This document shows, in pieces, positions 42,620 to 50,868 of a stretch of DNA of 64,000 nt (the first letter of the stretch is position 1; every line of letters begins with the position of its first letter). This DNA is from an uncultured Gammaproteobacteria bacterium (GTDB lineage: Bacteria > Patescibacteriota > Microgenomatia > Levybacterales > UBA12049), in contig CAZEJU010000002.1 in assembly GCA_964512695.1 (NCBI GenBank), positions 76,233 to 140,232 on the forward strand, in the 5' to 3' direction. The notes under the pieces were generated by a model. That model did no database searches and was not told the origin of the DNA. It saw only the letters and a list, made by a program, of their open reading frames with translations. A program made the position numbers and the translations under genes.

Positions 42620-43951
42620 ACTTTTTGTTTGTAGTAATTGTGAAATAGTTATCCAGAGTTGTTCCACACCATCAGGCGAGGTTTCTCTCGTTTCTAGCTT
42701 TCTTTTATAATGTATCATCTTTGTAAACAATCCTTGGCTTTGACACCATACTATAAATGCTGCTGCTTGTTTGGGATTATCAGGCAGGCGGAGTGCCCGC
42801 CAGTTATGAGCTTCTTTTAATAGTTCAGTATTTCTAATAGGTTGTTTAGCTTCAGATAATTGCCAAAGTTTCTCATGTGTGTGTTTGCTTGGCATCATCC
42901 CATGATTTCGTAAGAAGTGAAGGTTATCGTACTCTTGTCTGCCAACTGGATGAGAGAAAAGAAGAATAGCTCCACCTCTTTGTGAAGGAGTAGCAAGTGC
43001 CTTAAACGCTTGTTCGCTTGGTTTCGTTACCTCAAGCGCGATGATGTTTTGTTTATATACTTGCTCGTAATTATCTACAGTTGTCCGATCATGGTTTGAT
43101 ATAGCAATTTTTATATACGGTAGATTTTTTATCTCATTTAAAAAATGTGTCGTATATGGAGCTTCCTTCGAAATTATATGAAACATGAAGGTATCTGAAG
43201 CACTGTGAAGTTCTTTTACTAATGCACTTATATGAGTTGTTCCTACAGCAGCTCCAGAGACTGGAATACATACATGGATAGTTTCTTTTTGTTGCAGTTG
43301 CACTTGACGTAGCCGTTTCTTAAATTCTGATTCCGTTAGTTTTTCTGTTAGAAGTGGACTAATAGGATACGCAATAACTTTAATAGGTACAAGGGGATAG
43401 TTCATGCTTTTAGCATAGGCAAGTAGATTTTCTTTTGTATATTCACTTGGAACGAAAATCGTATCCGCTTCTTCTACATACCATATTGTTTGTGGGCTAT
43501 CATCTGTTACTTGGACTACGAGAATAACATTCATACCTGTCTCTTCTTTAAGCTTTTGTTTGAGTTGGCCTAACTGGTGCGCTAGTGCAGTGTGTGTTGC
43601 TATGAGAAGAAGCGTTTTGGGAACTGTTAATCGTTCGCCCAGAATGGTGATTAGTTGCTGGTAAAGAAGTTTTACATGGGATCGTAAATATATTCTACTA
43701 ACACCCGTAAATACGTGTTCAAGTGGTCCGTTTTGTAACCATTCCATTATTGATCGGGTGAGTGGATGAATACTGACAAAACGGTAAAGATTGCTTATTG
43801 ATGGATCTTGCGCGCCGAGTAGCACATGTGGAACTGTATCAGGTAAGCCATGGTAGAGGGCATCTGTAACTCGCAGATGACCAAGCCCTGTAGGAGAAGT
43901 AGCAAATACAATCATTAGCTCTTTATTCTCAAGCGTAGGATAGGAGTCCAT
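42611..43951 (-). CDS. GT-B glycosyltransferase-like protein (UgtP/MGDG-synthase-like motifs)
   Basis: [27 protein letters not shown]. Confidence 0.5.
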   Translation of the reverse strand: MDSYPTLENKELMIVFATSPTGLGHLRVTDALYHGLPDTVPHVLLGAQDPSISNLYRFVSIHPLTRSIMEWLQNGPLEHVFTGVSRIYLRSHVKLLYQQLITILGERLTVPKTLLLIATHTALAHQLGQLKQKLKEETGMNVILVVQVTDDSPQTIWYVEEADTIFVPSEYTKENLLAYAKSMNYPLVPIKVIAYPISPLLTEKLTESEFKKRLRQVQLQQKETIHVCIPVSGAAVGTTHISALVKELHSASDTFMFHIISKEAPYTTHFLNEIKNLPYIKIAISNHDRTTVDNYEQVYKQNIIALEVTKPSEQAFKALATPSQRGGAILLFSHPVGRQEYDNLHFLRNHGMMPSKHTHEKLWQLSEAKQPIRNTELLKEAHNWRALRLPDNPKQAAAFIVWCQSQGLFTKMIHYKRKLETRETSPDGVEQLWITISQLLQTKSLA

Positions 43952-44114
43952 GTTTTTAGTCTAAAGAAGAATATACGGGGAAATCAAGAAGGAATGAATT
44001 AACAGGAGTAAGAATTTGTTACGTGTAAAGACTCATCGAAAAACTGACTATATCGCTGTGAAGGGGATTTCGTAAACGGAGCTTAAGTATGTCGAATTTT
44101 TTCATGGCATTATT

Positions 44115-44552
44115 CTATATCCAATTTGATTCAGAAAAAATTATGTTTTTTTTGTAGCTTTTTATCGCATCTTTTACATAAGGGAGCATTTTATTAGGGA
44201 GATTATTAATGGGAAACCACTGCATATCATCACATTTATCAGGTTCTGTGATATGCGGCTCTCCTTTCCATGTATCTGCAAGAAGGAAAAAGTCTATATA
44301 TTCGACATCGGACATTCTATGCATCACATGGACAACACGTACATTTTTCTTTTTAATAGTTATCCCGGCTTCTTCTCTCGCTTCCCGTATCATAGCTTGC
44401 GTTACCGTTTCATTTCCATCTAAGTGTCCAGCAATGAGACTGTAGTATCCATCTTTCCATCCGGTATTATATCGACGGATGAAGAGAACATTTTCCTCTT
44501 TAATAAGTAGTAAGTATACTGCAACTCGTAGTGTATGACGAGGCTCGCCCAT
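44115..44552 (-). CDS. NUDIX hydrolase
   Basis: GHLDGNETVTQAMIREAREEAG Nudix box. Confidence 0.95.
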   Translation of the reverse strand: MGEPRHTLRVAVYLLLIKEENVLFIRRYNTGWKDGYYSLIAGHLDGNETVTQAMIREAREEAGITIKKKNVRVVHVMHRMSDVEYIDFFLLADTWKGEPHITEPDKCDDMQWFPINNLPNKMLPYVKDAIKSYKKNIIFSESNWI

Positions 44553-44587
44553 AATTTTTGTTATTATATCAGGTTAGTATCTGTGTC

Positions 44588-44616
44588 TTGAGCTGTAACA
44601 ACCTACATGCTAAAAT
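44588..44616 (+). promoter_or_regulatory. sigma70 promoter for the GIY-YIG/tRNA-Asn transcript
   Basis: TTGAGC-17 bp-TAAAAT with extended TG. Confidence 0.6.
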
Positions 44617-44631
44617 ACGGAGACAAAATAT

Positions 44632-44669
44632 TCCCCTGTAGTCCGCCAGCTGGCGGACAGGAAGCTGTA
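44632..44669 (+). repeat. Duplicated tRNA-Asn 5' half with D-arm replaced by an 18-bp perfect palindrome
   Basis: TCCCCTGTAG[TCCGCCAGCTGGCGGA]CAGGAAGCTGT versus tRNA TCCCCTGTAG[CTCAACGGTAGAG]CAGGAAGCTGT. Confidence 0.85.
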
Positions 44670-44680
44670 TAGGAGAGAAT

Positions 44681-44934
44681 ATGTGGACTGTATACGTCTT
44701 ATACAATCAGGCAAATCAAAAGATATATATTGGCGTAAGCGCTAATATCGAACAAAGATTAAAGGAGCATAATGTAAAAATAGCAAATCATTATACGATA
44801 CGGCTAAATTTTAAGGGATTTGGGTGTTAATATATAAAGAAGAAATTAATAATAAAAAAGACGCTTTGGTACGAGAAAAGCAACTTAAAAGTTTTAGAGG
44901 TAGAGAATTTATTAAAAAATACATTCCCCTGTAG
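44681..44934 (+). pseudogene. GIY-YIG mini-nuclease pseudogene
   Basis: MWTVYVLYN...KIYIGVSANIEQRLKEHN, then in shifted frame WVLIYKEE...ALVREKQLKSFRGREFIK; 5-bp ATACG duplication ~44793-44802 and in-frame TAA 44812-44814; AGGAG SD at 44671. Confidence 0.85.
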
Positions 44935-44996
44935 CTCAACGGTAGAGCAGGAAGCTGTTAACTTCAAGGTTCGTGGTTCGAATCCACGCGGGGGAG
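44925..44996 (+). tRNA. tRNA-Asn(GTT), CCA not encoded
   Basis: Acceptor TCCCCTG/CGGGGGA, D-arm GCTC/GAGC, anticodon loop CTGTTAA, T-arm CGTGG-TTCGAAT-CCACG. Confidence 0.97.
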
Positions 44997-46565
44997 CAAG
45001 TTCGTTCTTAATATAACTGCCTGTTGGTCAATTAACTCCTGGACAAGCGGAGAATAGACCGTATTAGCAATCTTTTTGTCGTGTACCTCCAGCTTCTCAA
45101 AGAAAAACCGGAGATAACTTTTTTTCAGAAAATCAGGTGCTTCTTTGTACGCTTTCGGAATATCACGGGTCAGTGCGAGTACTTCTTCCAATAAGTCGAA
45201 ATCAAATTTCCTGCTACTTTCAAGTTTTGCTAGTTCCTTATCTACATTCTTAATTTTTTCCTCAACCTCATCACGCAGTCGGCGATTAGCTTCTCTATTG
45301 AACAAAGCATTTGAAAACACGTCCTCCTCAAGAATTCTTCTCCTCCTTATCAGTCCCGCTCTTTCATTCAAATATCCTTTTCGGACTTTTGACTCCTCCT
45401 TATCTCTGTCATTCAGATACCTTCTCACTTTCGCAGTAAGTGCATCAGTGAAACCTTTTGTGAACTTAATACCTCTGAAATGACTGGCAACTTTGTTTTC
45501 AAGGTCGTCTGCCTCCACATAAGGAGCTTTGCAGGGCTTTCTTTTCTGACAATGATAGTAATGTACTGTATCCCTTTTTTTCGAATGAGCAGGGTGCGGT
45601 TCGGCGGTATATCTGAGACCGCAGTCAGCACAGAAAATAATGCCTCTTAACAGATAGTCATACTTTCTTTCTCTTATGGCGAATCCTCTGTGTTTGGCCA
45701 GTATCACCTGACACAAGTCAAAAAGCGGTTTGGATATCAAGGGTTCATGATTACCCATTCGTTCTCTGTTGTTTGTCTCCTGTTTCATCAGACCGTAATA
45801 GAAAGGATTAGTAAGAATCTGCTGAATAGTGCTGTGAGCTAAGGGTTTTCCGTTGACTGTCGTCAGTCCTTTGGTATACATGAACAGCCCGAGCCTTTTT
45901 ACTGAGTACTTGCCTGTAGCGAATCTTTTGAATACTTCTTTCATGAGTGGTCCGTGAATCGGGTCAACTTCAATGGGTAAGGGTTTTCTCGGAAGGGAAT
46001 CTATGTATTGCTGTCTCTCTGGCGTGCGTTTCTTACCCGCGATTCTACCTTCCTTGTCGATATTCAGATATCCGTAAGTTACACCAGTCGGATACCAGCC
46101 GTTATTCCATCTGGTATCTAAGCCTCGCTTTGTCTTTCTGCCTAAGTCCCGTGAGTAGAATTCATTAATTCCCGCCATGAAAGTGTCCAACAATCTTCCT
46201 TCCGGGCTTTCATCCAACATCGGCTGAACAACGGAAATTAGCCTTGTTCCTGCTTTTTTGAGCTGTTCCTTGATAAGAAAATGGTCTGTGGCATTTCTGG
46301 CGAAACGGTCAGTGTTGTAGACAATTATGGCTCCTACTTTCCTGGTGTCAATTTGTTCAAGCATTTTCAGAAACTCGGGTCGATTGGAGACTGTGGCACT
46401 TTGTCCTTCGTCTTTGAATGTTTCCAATATTTCATACTCTAATTCGTGAGCTTTCTTGGTACATATATCTGTTTGAGCTTCAATGGAGTACCCTTCCTTG
46501 GCTTGTTCCTCCGTACTTACTCTGCAGTAGATGAAACATGTTTTCTGGTCGTTATTCATATTCAT
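44964..46565 (-). CDS. Large serine recombinase (resolvase, recombinase and Zn-ribbon domains)
   Basis: YCRVSTEEQ, DRFAR, YGY, ILTNPFYYG, HEPLIS, CADCG...YYHC; C-terminus LPRVDSNHEP is antisense to the tRNA. Confidence 0.95.
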   Translation of the reverse strand: MNMNNDQKTCFIYCRVSTEEQAKEGYSIEAQTDICTKKAHELEYEILETFKDEGQSATVSNRPEFLKMLEQIDTRKVGAIIVYNTDRFARNATDHFLIKEQLKKAGTRLISVVQPMLDESPEGRLLDTFMAGINEFYSRDLGRKTKRGLDTRWNNGWYPTGVTYGYLNIDKEGRIAGKKRTPERQQYIDSLPRKPLPIEVDPIHGPLMKEVFKRFATGKYSVKRLGLFMYTKGLTTVNGKPLAHSTIQQILTNPFYYGLMKQETNNRERMGNHEPLISKPLFDLCQVILAKHRGFAIRERKYDYLLRGIIFCADCGLRYTAEPHPAHSKKRDTVHYYHCQKRKPCKAPYVEADDLENKVASHFRGIKFTKGFTDALTAKVRRYLNDRDKEESKVRKGYLNERAGLIRRRRILEEDVFSNALFNREANRRLRDEVEEKIKNVDKELAKLESSRKFDFDLLEEVLALTRDIPKAYKEAPDFLKKSYLRFFFEKLEVHDKKIANTVYSPLVQELIDQQAVILRTNLLPRVDSNHEP

Positions 46566-46732
46566 AGTCCTATAGCATTATTATAAGCAATTCTGAAAAG
46601 CATTGAAACAAAGTTAAGATAATATACCGTTATTAGAAGATATGGGAAGGTGACTATATAGTTACTGTTAATAGAGTTACTATATAAGTTACATACCGTT
46701 ATTCCTTTGTTGAATATTTCTGTATTACTCAT
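46562..46732 (-). CDS. Possible 56-aa ORF coupled to the recombinase start, overlying short repeats
   Basis: Open frame MSNTEIFNKG...NAIGL; its TGA overlaps the recombinase ATG; starts 2 nt after the upstream stop. Confidence 0.3.
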   Translation of the reverse strand: MSNTEIFNKGITVCNLYSNSINSNYIVTFPYLLITVYYLNFVSMLFRIAYNNAIGL

Positions 46733-46734
46733 AA

Positions 46735-47082
46735 TCAGAACGGGATATCGTCAGGATTAACTTCTTCGTTGCTTTCTGATTTCTCCTTGTATGCCTCGAA
46801 GATTTTCTTCTCGATAGTTTTCCATAATTCCTCTTCGAAGTAGACTACCTTTGAATAGTTACCTTTCTTACTCCTGTAACAGGGCGGCTCAATCCATATC
46901 GGTTCTCCGAAGTCTTCATGAGGATAATCAGATTTTTTGACGGTGCAACCGCGGATAATTTGACCCGGAAGCTGTATTTCTGCCTGTGCTAACAGCCAGG
47001 CTTTCCTATAGAGTTTGACTTTGACAGTCACATTTTCGATGATGTACTTTCTGACCTGTTCTTCCGTAATATTCATGTTCAT
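46735..47082 (-). CDS. SpoVG/PC4-like putative ssDNA-binding protein with SSB-type acidic tail
   Basis: C-terminal EVNPDDIPF; IIRGCTV...WIEPP pattern. Confidence 0.5.
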   Translation of the reverse strand: MNMNITEEQVRKYIIENVTVKVKLYRKAWLLAQAEIQLPGQIIRGCTVKKSDYPHEDFGEPIWIEPPCYRSKKGNYSKVVYFEEELWKTIEKKIFEAYKEKSESNEEVNPDDIPF

Positions 47083-47100
47083 AATTAGGTTTGTTGTATT

Positions 47101-47352
47101 TCAATAAGACATTTTTTCTTTTTCCGACTCCGTAAATATGAAATTCTTCAATGTTCTTATCGCTTCAACAAAAGAGAGAGCGTCAACGGTAACTTTGCCG
47201 AGCCAATACTGAGAAACCATTTTTTCGCAGTCTGTATTATTTCTGAAGATGAACCAATAGCTTCTGCCTGATTTGTTGAGTCCTATGAACTCTTTTTTTT
47301 TGGCGTAGAGCATCGAGCTTATATAGAGGTCTTTTGTTAAGTAGTTTTCCAT
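47101..47352 (-). CDS. DUF5659-like small protein
   Basis: TKDLYISSML...YW.G...VDA..F..AIRTLK. Confidence 0.6.
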   Translation of the reverse strand: MENYLTKDLYISSMLYAKKKEFIGLNKSGRSYWFIFRNNTDCEKMVSQYWLGKVTVDALSFVEAIRTLKNFIFTESEKEKMSY

Positions 47353-47577
47353 AGTTTTTTCATTTTCATCTGTTTATTCTTCTTGTACTGGATAGTTGCT
47401 AGAGCTAAATCAAACCATTGTTCAACAGCTAGCCGGAAATAGTCGTCATTCTTGGGAGTCTGCAGCAATTGGCTTTTCTTAATTTTCATTAAGTCAATTG
47501 TCGGAAAATTAGAGGATTATTCGGAGGGCCCAGCTGGAGTAATTCGATTTGTCCCTCTGTATGAAGTAGAAGTATTC

Positions 47578-48549
47578 TTATTCGCTATCGGGATTTTTAT
47601 TATATCTTTTGAGAAGTTGCTTATATCTGTTGACTGATTTTTTGACTGCGGGTGTTGCTATATCGACATGACTGATTATTCTTTCAGCCTCTTCCTTTTG
47701 TTTCCTTAAATCCTGGTTGAGTGGAACTTTTCTGAGTCTCTTCGAATCCGACATTGCCTTCTTGTACTTATCAAGACCTTCTTCACCCGCAGCTATTAAT
47801 TTGTATCCCGTACCAGATTTATTTTGCCAGTATCTTTTTCTGTCACGAAAGATTTCATCTTTCGTAGATGAGGGAATAGTTCTGTCTACGCCCCAACCGC
47901 TATTTTGAGCCGGAAGTATTTCTTTCCTGTAGGCATTGACTACATCGTCCAAAGTTGCCTCCAGAGGTATGGACATATTGAAGTGTATGAAAAGCGTCGG
48001 CACTCCGTTCTTGTTTTTTTCAAACTCCTGTGAAACTTGTACTCCCGATAAGTCATCAACTGTCACTTTGTTGCATATAATTGCATGAGCCAGAACTCGT
48101 TCCATTCTTTCCGAAGTATGAAGTTGTCGTCTGAGATTGGTAAGCGTCTTTCCGAACTCGTCAGTTATTTTCATTTCCCTTTTTCTCTTTCCGAATGCAT
48201 AAGATATAAGTCTGTTATACAAACCGCTTTCCTTTTGTTGTACATGTTGCTTTGAGTCGGGTATGTCATACCAAATATCCTGAGAAAGAATATCGTATAA
48301 GCCTCCGAAGCGAAGAGAAAACCATAATTTTAATAAGTCAGTTGTATCAGTCTTGGATGCTAAAAAAGACTCAAAATATGATTTGCCTTCTTTGGAATGA
48401 GGACAGTTTCTCGAGGTATCAATATTAAATTGGTATCGTATCTTAAGTAGTATTTTCTGGAAGTCTTCTCTATCAACAGTCAGGGCAATTGCTGCGAACT
48501 TTCTTCTGTTCTTCTCATTTTCTTCAATATCAATATCTACCTTGTTCAT
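47578..48549 (-). CDS. Hypothetical protein, possible C-terminal HTH
   Basis: 323-aa ORF; RDRKRYW...GYKLIA. Confidence 0.6.
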   Translation of the reverse strand: MNKVDIDIEENEKNRRKFAAIALTVDREDFQKILLKIRYQFNIDTSRNCPHSKEGKSYFESFLASKTDTTDLLKLWFSLRFGGLYDILSQDIWYDIPDSKQHVQQKESGLYNRLISYAFGKRKREMKITDEFGKTLTNLRRQLHTSERMERVLAHAIICNKVTVDDLSGVQVSQEFEKNKNGVPTLFIHFNMSIPLEATLDDVVNAYRKEILPAQNSGWGVDRTIPSSTKDEIFRDRKRYWQNKSGTGYKLIAAGEEGLDKYKKAMSDSKRLRKVPLNQDLRKQKEEAERIISHVDIATPAVKKSVNRYKQLLKRYNKNPDSE

Positions 48550-48580
48550 ACATAATGTTCATATTCAGGCAGAGAATAAG

Positions 48581-49141
48581 TTATTCTATTTGACGGTTTT
48601 CGTCGACTGATTCTAATCTTTCGAATTCTTTGAGCATAATAGCAAGTTCTTCATAAGTCATGCGTTGTAAGGCTCGTCCGAATTGAGTGTTCATTACTGA
48701 AGATATCGACATCGCTGTAACTGTATTGACTGTGTTATTTATAAGTGGTCTCTGGTTGACTACTCCCACTGCTTCACGCTCTTCCTGGAGACCAATTTCT
48801 ACCAATCTTGTTGCCTGCGGTTCGGAAACATCCTTCGTATCTCGTTTTCTCATCGCTTCCAAACCCCTTGCCTGAAGGAAGCGGGCAACTTTGGCTTGTC
48901 TTTTCCTTACTTCAACCTCGCTATCGCTTACCCATTTGACCATTTTGTCTTCAGTTTCCTGTTCAAGCAGCCTTCGATATTCATCTCTTTCAGCTCTCCA
49001 TCCGGTCGTGATTCTGGTGACATTTCCGTTAATCTTGATTTCCTTGCTTTCAAGAAAGGCATTAACGGATTCAATGGTACCGTATTTGTATTCCTGTTTG
49101 AGTGTATTCCAGTCAAATTTAATCGGTGCGTCCATACGCAC
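48581..49141 (-). CDS. Phage-like protein, possible terminase small subunit
   Basis: N-terminal FDWNTLKQEY...GWRAER followed by helical coiled coil. Confidence 0.4.
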   Translation of the reverse strand: MRMDAPIKFDWNTLKQEYKYGTIESVNAFLESKEIKINGNVTRITTGWRAERDEYRRLLEQETEDKMVKWVSDSEVEVRKRQAKVARFLQARGLEAMRKRDTKDVSEPQATRLVEIGLQEEREAVGVVNQRPLINNTVNTVTAMSISSVMNTQFGRALQRMTYEELAIMLKEFERLESVDENRQIE

Positions 49142-49207
49142 TCACATTATACCTGAAACAGACCAATAAGAGGCAATGAATAGACGTTTCTTACATGCGT
49201 ACAATCT

Positions 49208-50014
49208 TCAATAATTTTGAGTCCATTTGGTCAGCAGACCGTTCTTGAAGTAGAGGAATAACTTTTGTCCGTTACTTCCGTAGTATGACCAACTTTCAGT
49301 TTCATCAGGAACTAAGAAACCAGATTCTGTTGTCTTTGACTTGTCGTCCGGAATACCCAAAGAATAATTGGCTTCAAATTGATTCATGTTCTGCCAATAG
49401 CGTTGATTGACAATATCTTCTATATGGTCTGCGTATCCTGCGAAAGTCAGGGCCGTTATAGCTTTGACACAATCCTGGGATGTGAGATTCTCTCCCTGTT
49501 TTGTTGTTTCTGGTTTCAGTTCCGCTTTTCCGTCTGCTCCGTCACTTAATTCAAGAACCGTATAGAGTCTTGTAGTGTTTCTGCGTTCATTGCAATAAGC
49601 CTCAGCCATGTCACCTGCCTTTTTGACATTAGCAGCCGTTTCTTTGACGGTTGTAGCGTCTTGCATGGCATTTTTTGATTCAGACTCCTGCTTCGTTTGT
49701 TCTGTCTGAGCTATGGGAGTGGGAGAAGCTGTCTGATTAGAAATTTTCGTACCGACGGTCTTGGCGGAAGGTGGCAGTGTTTCAAAACTGAATATCAATA
49801 CTGCGACAAACAATATAACTCTTATCAAGCCAGGGACTTTGAATGACACACGCTTGTTTATGATTTTCCAGAAAGGAGGGAAGATAATCAGGCCGGAAAA
49901 AATCATCAATAAGGCAGACTTCGGGTAGGCAAAAGTCAGAAGCAGGCCAACAATAAGAATAAGTATCGAAAGCGGCCAAATTATAAGTTTCAGTATTCGT
50001 TCCATACCGTACAT
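49208..50014 (-). CDS. Membrane protein with C-terminal BamE/SmpA-like fold
   Basis: Three N-terminal TM segments; LGIPD...ESWSY...LYFKNGLL. Confidence 0.6.
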   Translation of the reverse strand: MYGMERILKLIIWPLSILILIVGLLLTFAYPKSALLMIFSGLIIFPPFWKIINKRVSFKVPGLIRVILFVAVLIFSFETLPPSAKTVGTKISNQTASPTPIAQTEQTKQESESKNAMQDATTVKETAANVKKAGDMAEAYCNERRNTTRLYTVLELSDGADGKAELKPETTKQGENLTSQDCVKAITALTFAGYADHIEDIVNQRYWQNMNQFEANYSLGIPDDKSKTTESGFLVPDETESWSYYGSNGQKLFLYFKNGLLTKWTQNY

Positions 50015-50059
50015 ACATGCGTTATTTTCAGCCTCAAAGCTGTCTGAATCTTAACACAT

Positions 50060-50091
50060 TGTGACTGTGAGTCGCAAGACTCCCAGTCACA
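50060..50091. promoter_or_regulatory. C-box operator of an R-M controller protein
   Basis: tgtGACTgtgAGTCgcaaGACTcccAGTCaca: two GACT-N3-AGTC palindromes 4 bp apart, 20 bp before the XRE gene ATG. Confidence 0.85.
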
Positions 50092-50111
50092 TTCTTAGTA
50101 CATTTTGGAGT

Positions 50112-50366
50112 ATGGGACGAACTAATAAGTCATTTCCCGTAGACCAAAAAGACAAGGCGGTGTTACAGAAAAAGTTCGGTAAGAGACTCGCTGAAATAAG
50201 AACTGAGAAAGGGATCACTCAGGAAGGGTTGTCGTTTGAAACAGGGGTCGACAGGACGTATATTAGCTATATTGAGCGGGGTGAGCGAAATCCATCACTC
50301 TTCATGCTTTGGAGACTTTCAAAAGCTCTTAAGATCAGGATTAACGAGCTGACGGATTTTCAGTAA
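50112..50366 (+). CDS. XRE-family HTH controller (C) protein
   Basis: FGKRLAEIR...ITQEGLS...DRTYISYIERGERNPSL; C-box upstream. Confidence 0.9.
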   Translation: MGRTNKSFPVDQKDKAVLQKKFGKRLAEIRTEKGITQEGLSFETGVDRTYISYIERGERNPSLFMLWRLSKALKIRINELTDFQ

Positions 50367-50448
50367 CATTCTTCCTTAATTTCATCTTTGTCAGAAGTGT
50401 GTCCTTCTTACGGTATAATTGAGACCGGTAAGGAGTGGAGTTACTCGC

Positions 50449-50868
50449 ATGGATGTTCATACAAAAGAACAAAGAAGCTATAACATGTCACGGGTGAAGT
50501 CGAAAAATACTAAGCCTGAATTATTAATGTTTTTGTTACTCGAAGAGGCCGGATATAAGTTTGAAAAACATTATCCGATTACGGGTAAGCCCGATATCGC
50601 ATTTCCCGAACACAAGGTTGCCGTGTTCATTGATGGAGAATTCTGGCATGGTAAGGATTACAAGCAGATAAGAGATTCCATTCCGCCTTTTTGGGTCAAA
50701 AAAATAGGAGAAAATCTTAAACGGGACGGGAGAAATATGAGAAAGCTAAGAAGTGAAGGCTGGCGTATTCTGCACTTTTGGGATAAGAAAGTGGTCAAAT
50801 ATCCTGAGAGGTCACTCCGAAGAATTACGCGGTTTCTTGAGCGTGTAAGAATCTCTGACGGAAAGTAG
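50449..50868 (+). CDS. vsr: Very short patch repair endonuclease
   Basis: RSYNMSRVKSKNTKPE, GKPDI, FIDGEFWHG. Confidence 0.95.
   Translation: MDVHTKEQRSYNMSRVKSKNTKPELLMFLLLEEAGYKFEKHYPITGKPDIAFPEHKVAVFIDGEFWHGKDYKQIRDSIPPFWVKKIGENLKRDGRNMRKLRSEGWRILHFWDKKVVKYPERSLRRITRFLERVRISDGK

Noticed and set aside
44632-44996. tRNA split by an intron encoding a homing endonuclease
   Set aside because: The downstream tRNA is complete on its own, the upstream copy has a destroyed D-arm, and there is no room for a group I core
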